DNA from: Octopus bimaculoides
Lineage: Eukaryota
Direction of reading: 5' to 3'
NCBI RefSeq assembly: GCF_001194135.2
Contig: NC_068984.1
Span: 87,512,468 to 87,552,387, forward strand
DNA length: 39,920 nt
Position 1 is the first letter of the stretch; the number at the start of each line of letters is the position of its first letter. Below are positions 34,497 to 39,920 of the stretch, one piece after another. A model generated the notes under the pieces. The model was not told the DNA's origin and did no database searches. It saw nothing but the letters and a program-made list of their open reading frames with translations. Made by a program: the position numbers and the translations under genes.

Positions 34497-35367
34497 TAAC
34501 TTGTGCCTCTTTGTTACTCTAATTATGTATATATATATTGTATTTATGTATATATGTATGTATTGGAATATATAAATTTTTAAGCAGCAATTTGATGGTG
34601 GCAAAATGTGATAATCCCATAAACTAATTTGTAAATTTCTTGCTTATCTGTAAACTTGGTAACTTACACATTTTTTATAAAACCTGTAGTTTATTGTTAT
34701 AAATCCATATCAGACTGAAATTTACAAATGTATGCTGTTAAATACTCTTTATATAGAAATCTTAGCTATTAAGTGTGTATATGTCTGGTTTGACTGTTTT
34801 TTTTTTTTGTTTTTATTTGATGTGCAGCATGCACACGTTAATGAACTGTACACATTTTTCATTCAAAGCACGCCTATATTTTTGTGCATCAACTTCTCAC
34901 TGCAGATCACATTTCTCTTTTTATAAAAGAAGTTATTATGAATCATATAGGCTTTAAGTCCTTGTTGCCACTTATACCTATAATAAAAGCATTTTCATAA
35001 CACAACTACAAATATGTATGTAGTGCTTTTATGTTTATATGTGTAAAAAACAATAAGACAGCCTGTTTTGTTGATTTTTTTTTTCTTCAATCTCTTCTGT
35101 TGTGGTGGTAATAAAACTGTTGTGGTAATGTTGTTAGCATTTCTATCATGGTCCAATCTTACAGGGACACCAAAACTGAGCATTGTGAAGAAATGAAACA
35201 CTGCTGTGACTTAATAGCAGTGAGTCATTCCACCTTACAATCAAGTAGCTGTATGATGCTCTTTTGAGTTAGATCTGTTAAGGTACAGAGTGCTAATGAC
35301 AAAACATGAATTGCCTGCCCCTCAGTAAGTTGTCCAATCTATCCATTTGAGCTTGTGATTTGCAGGA

Positions 35368-35417
<50 letters not shown>

Positions 35418-35699
35418 TGTGTGTGTGTGTGTGTTTATTTTAACAACTGGAAAGTCTGTTAATCAAACTCATGTTGAGAAGTTTATATTTTCTGACGATA
35501 TATCTGTTTAGTATATGATAGATGTTTCCTATTCTAATAAAAGTCTGGGGAATGTTACACTTGTCCTTTTCTGACTAGGTGGGACAAGTTTTAAGAAATG
35601 ATTAGATAAACATACAGGTAGCCTTTGCTAAAGGATTCTTGACCTGTGGAAGGTGTGAGTGATTTAATGACTTCAGGAATAATATCGAAGTGTTTGTTA

Positions 35700-35915
35700 T
35701 TTTGTTACTGTTGCTATGTTGTTATTCTTTGATTCCAGATCAACCTTGATTGAGCAAACCTGGGATCAAAGTTTTTCATCTATAATCATCTCATGTATTT
35801 GTATGTCTAAGACCACATTAATTAATGTGTCTTTATTTTTAATTACAGTATGGAGTAATTTGAGGGAATTGGCTGCTATCTCTAGCAGCTGAAATGATCT
35901 CATTGAGGCTCCCTC
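35700..35915. mobile_element. Probable decayed SINE-like interspersed repeat
   Basis: Blocks CCAGATCAACCTTGATTGAGCA and TTGGCTGCTATCTCTAGCAG, which I recall from octopus repeats; no second copy in the window. Confidence 0.4.
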
Positions 35916-37254
35916 ATGTATAATTATGTTGTGGATTATAGAAGATATAATGTTATGTCAGAGTCCAGTCCTGGTTATTTTGTTGTTATTTTTGTAATTT
36001 GTTAATTATAACTTCTCACTATAAAATCCATATGTGGTTTTGTAACTGTTTGTTTATATGTATTTAGCAGAATAATTGAGTCTTATTTGCACTATATTTT
36101 AAAACTTTTTATGAATATGTTTCTGTGTAGTTATGTAGTTATATGAAAGTATTTGGTTATTATTGGTTCTAATAAATATTCTAGTTGTGTTTTTCCAGCA
36201 AGTCTCTATCATATGTAAACATATGGCTTCCACCTGCAAGTGCATAATCAAATGCTTTCTAAGGTTGTGGATATCTGGCCGGTGTAGCAATTATAGAATT
36301 GCCAACTTTCATTATTACATGTGAAGTCTTAAACTTCATTGGTAACACAAGGCCTAAACAGGTCTTGACTAACAGAATCTCCAGCAGTTTGTTTGACTAA
36401 ATATGTACAAATGAATGGCTATAACCAAATTACACATAGGTAGAACTACTGTTGAAAATCAAAAGGTTCTTGACTTTTATATTTTTGTAATATATATCTA
36501 TTTTTGTAATATATCTATCCCCTAGTTGTATTTTATTTCCTTTTTTAAGGATATTTCTCAGGATTTTTCATCTTTTTGATAGAATGAATGAAATTGATTT
36601 TTGTTGTAAGTTTTGTGAAAGTGTGTTTGAATTTTCTTCATATGAGTTAGTGTTTGTGTTTTGTTTATTCTGTTGTTAATAATATGCTTCTCAAATCAAG
36701 AATTAAAATAGCTGGTGATGAAGACTTTTTTATTCCTGTTATTTCGGCTGTCAATGTTTTTTTCTGGATGAACTTAAAGTGAAATGATATACTTCGTCCT
36801 TATTTTTGTCAGATACATCATTAGGCAATATGAACAGCTTAACCTTAAAAGGGTTAACAGATTTTCCAACAGTTTGTTTAGCCAAAAACGAAAAAGAAAA
36901 AAAAAAAAACAAATGATTAGCTATGCCTAAATTACAGATTTGTTTTCTCAGTTTTGTTTCATTACACTAATTTTTACAACATCCTATTATCTCAAATAGT
37001 AACAGTTAAAATATCTCTGATTTTGAAAATGTCAGCTATTTTACCGAATATGCCCTATTTTGTGATTATATTAGAATTGATTAAAAAAGAATTGGTTTTA
37101 TCAAAAAAAAGTAAAAATAAAAAAAAATTTCATTATACAATTTTTTGTTGAGTTTAAGAAAATTGAAATTATTCATAGTACCCAGTTGACAAATTTATAA
37201 ATTGCTTCAAATCAATCAAATTTTGTTTAAATGCCGCCCCTTTTTGTTATTATT

Positions 37255-37460
37255 ATTAATGTCAGATAACATGCCTTGTGGTATTTGTTCTGGCTCTTTA
37301 TGTTCTGAGTTCAAATCCCACCGAGGTGAACTTTGCCTTTCATCCTTCCAGGGTCGACAAAATAAGTACCAGTCAAGTACTGGGGTTGATGTAATCGGCT
37401 ATCCCTATCCCCTCGAAAACTGCTGGCTCTGTGCCAAAATTTGAAACCATTATTATTATT
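37255..37460 (+). mobile_element. MetaSINE-like SINE
   Basis: Core GAGTTCAAATCCCACCGAGGTGAACTTTGCCTTTCATCCTTCCAGGGTCGA; ends GAAACCATTATTATTATT. Confidence 0.85.
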
Positions 37461-38261
37461 TGCTCCTTTCTCCTGATTGTCTTTCAACCAATGATTGCAT
37501 GAAGGATAGCACAGTCTGACAATGTTAATTCTGTTATTACAGACTGTATTGTTATTGTTGTTGTTGTTGTTATTTCAATCCCTCCTCATTGTCTTGCATT
37601 CAAATGCTTCAATTTGTTAAAATAAATGTTAAATGCTAATAATTAGATCAATTACTATCAAAACTCATTTAAATATCTAAGTGAATTAACTTGTGATTTT
37701 TTTTTTCTTTTAAAAAATTCTTTAATTTTTATATAATGTGTTATAAGAAATGTGTAAATGTTTGCAGTGATTCCCATGTTTTAAATTGAAAGTATCACCT
37801 TACATTGTTGAATTAGAATGCTCTATGTAATATTCAAAATCGGATCTTCAGAAGAAGAAATTGACTGAAGAATATGGATATCATATATGTAAAGATAGAA
37901 GAGTAATTTTTTTTAAATTACAAACTACATTGTAAAAGAAATTCTCTTTTTTTTTTTAAATTTAGAATTTTTGTGAGTGCATATTAAATTCAAAATCCCA
38001 TGCAGTGTTTTATATATCTCTTTTGGAAAAAAAAATGTGATTTTTCTTCAGCATAATCTACTGGTCGTGCCAAAAGTATTGCTACTGGATAATTTGATTG
38101 AGGTGGGATATATATTTTTTTTTTTTTTCATATTTTCGACATTCTGTATATTTCCACCGTTGTTAAATAATTTCCTTTGTTTCTAATAAATTCTATTGTA
38201 AATTTGATATTTTTCTTATTCTTCATTTACTTACCCTATTTGTTAAATTAATGAATTGAGA

Positions 38262-38314
38262 ATGAAGTAGCTTGCTTACCAACCACAAGGTTCCGGGTTC
38301 AGTCCCACTGCATG
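38262..38314 (+). mobile_element. SINE head running into the gap
   Basis: GCTTGCTTACCAACCACAAGGTTCCGGGTTCAGTCCCACTG, similar to the head at 32785-32830. Confidence 0.75.
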
Positions 38315-39920
38315 NNNNNNNNNNNNNNNNNNNNNNNNNNNNNNNNNNNNNNNNNNNNNNNNNNNNNNNNNNNNNNNNNNNNNNNNNNNNNNNNNNNNNN
38401 NNNNNNNNNNNNNNATACTATAATGGAGAAAGCTGCTTATTAATTAGGTATGTAACAGTTACTAGAAGTATCAAAAGAAAACAATTATTAAAGGGTTGAC
38501 CGTCTGGAAATATTTTTATAGATTAATGTTCTTAGAAATTTCCAATAATTTCGATTTTTCAAGCTTATTGAATTTTTTAAACTCCAATTTCTCGCAAATT
38601 TACATATTCATTGCATTCACTTTGTATAATTATTTACAGATTTAAATATTCATTGAATTCACTGCGGAGTATTCCATTTTCATTTGCAAAGTTTCTCACT
38701 TTCTCTTTTGAGTTTCCATTCGCTATTTGGAAAACCGATAGTCTATCCTATTAATGTATACGTAATGTAAAAACATTTATTGAATGAAATTTAAAAAAAA
38801 ATACCCGTATAATTTTTGAACGCGGGATAGCTGGGAGAAGAACCTAGAAAGTTGGGTAATTACTATTAGAAGACAAAAAGAAAAAAAAGTTACTGATAAG
38901 TACTCGAAACTTGCACCTTATCCACAGTTTCCAAACATCCTATACCATTAAGCCAATATGTACAAAACAAGTTGCACGAGCGACTTCAACAGTGACACAC
39001 TCACCCAATAATATACACCAATACACCACTCGCGCACACTCATAGATACACATACACAAAAATGAAAGGCAATGAATGTGTGTGTGTGTGCGTGCGTGCT
39101 GCATCACTTTTGTGAAGTTTTGTCAGTGAACAGGTTGCGGTTTCAAAGTGACGAAAATATTTTGACACAAATGAAATTTTAATATTGAAGTGAAACTGGT
39201 AAAACTTAAATATAGAGGTCCCTTAACGGTACAACGGTACTACTTAAATACAGGTGTTACGTACAAAACATTTTAAATGTACGCTGTGTGGACATGTAAT
39301 GATACCCTAGCCCTAACTCTACCCTAAAAACTAACCATCCCCTTCATATCGTTACGTAGATGCATCGGGACCTCTGTATTTAAGTAGTGCCGTGAAACTA
39401 ACGGTTTTTGTGTCTTCTTGAATGGCTTACAAACATCTACACTGTAATTGTTTTTGTTTCAGCACGCGATCTCAGATCAAGTCACTTTCTATGCAAGTAC
39501 ATCTCCGTAATTTTTAAAAATTACTGTGGATAAATGCCAGCAACGACCTTCTCAAGTTCTTCTAAACAGAAGCAATTGGGGGCAGGGAGTGGGGTTGCAA
39601 AAGATTCATAATTTCTCAAATTTCCTTTTTTATAGCATATAAATGTATTTATGGGGAAAAAAAATATTGAAAAACATCAATACATGCAAGAATGATAAAG
39701 AAACGAGGAAGGTTGTCTTTGGATGTGCTAGAAACAACAGCCAAATTGCCCTTAAATCACTCACTCTGAAAATATTAACAATAAAAAAAATTTATCCGAA
39801 AATGCTCTTCCCATGGTTTGAAGTACAGAAAAAAAAGTTGGCCAAAATATGTCCGGAGTTGGATGATGAGGGAGGGGGTGTAAAAAAAAAGTTTTTAAAA
39901 CTTGTTTCTTAAGAAGCTAC

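Noticed and set aside
34995-36410. Short ORFs (34995-35201 -, 36099-36290 -) as exons of a second gene
   Set aside because: No recognisable protein similarity and no consistent acceptor/donor pair in frame.

Overview
AT-rich eukaryotic genomic DNA with five N-gaps. The SINE, RTE and microsatellite content is what I associate with octopus (coleoid cephalopod) genomes; this is an inference. One host gene is supported: the last five coding exons of PGAP3 (Per1/CREST-family GPI lipid remodelase) on the + strand, join(8823..8885,16817..16878,21067..21203,22392..22596,27413..27497). All four introns are GT-AG and the frame is continuous to a TAA. The 5' exons were not found and probably lie upstream of the window. 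The rest is a dense transposon landscape: a Tc1 element, a mariner carrying a nested pogo-like element, a Merlin-like element with an 8-bp TSD, a decayed Penelope-like element split by a young SINE, Gypsy gag and pogo remnants, several RTE LINE pieces (one with a PHD-like finger inside ORF2), many tRNA-derived SINEs, long TA/TG microsatellites and a near-perfect 61-bp-arm hairpin. I see no convincing novel multi-gene system. The best leads are the PGAP3 C-terminal extension, the element architectures, the hairpin and a possible promoter or first exon near 39 kb. Transposon boundaries without a stated TIR or TSD are approximate.
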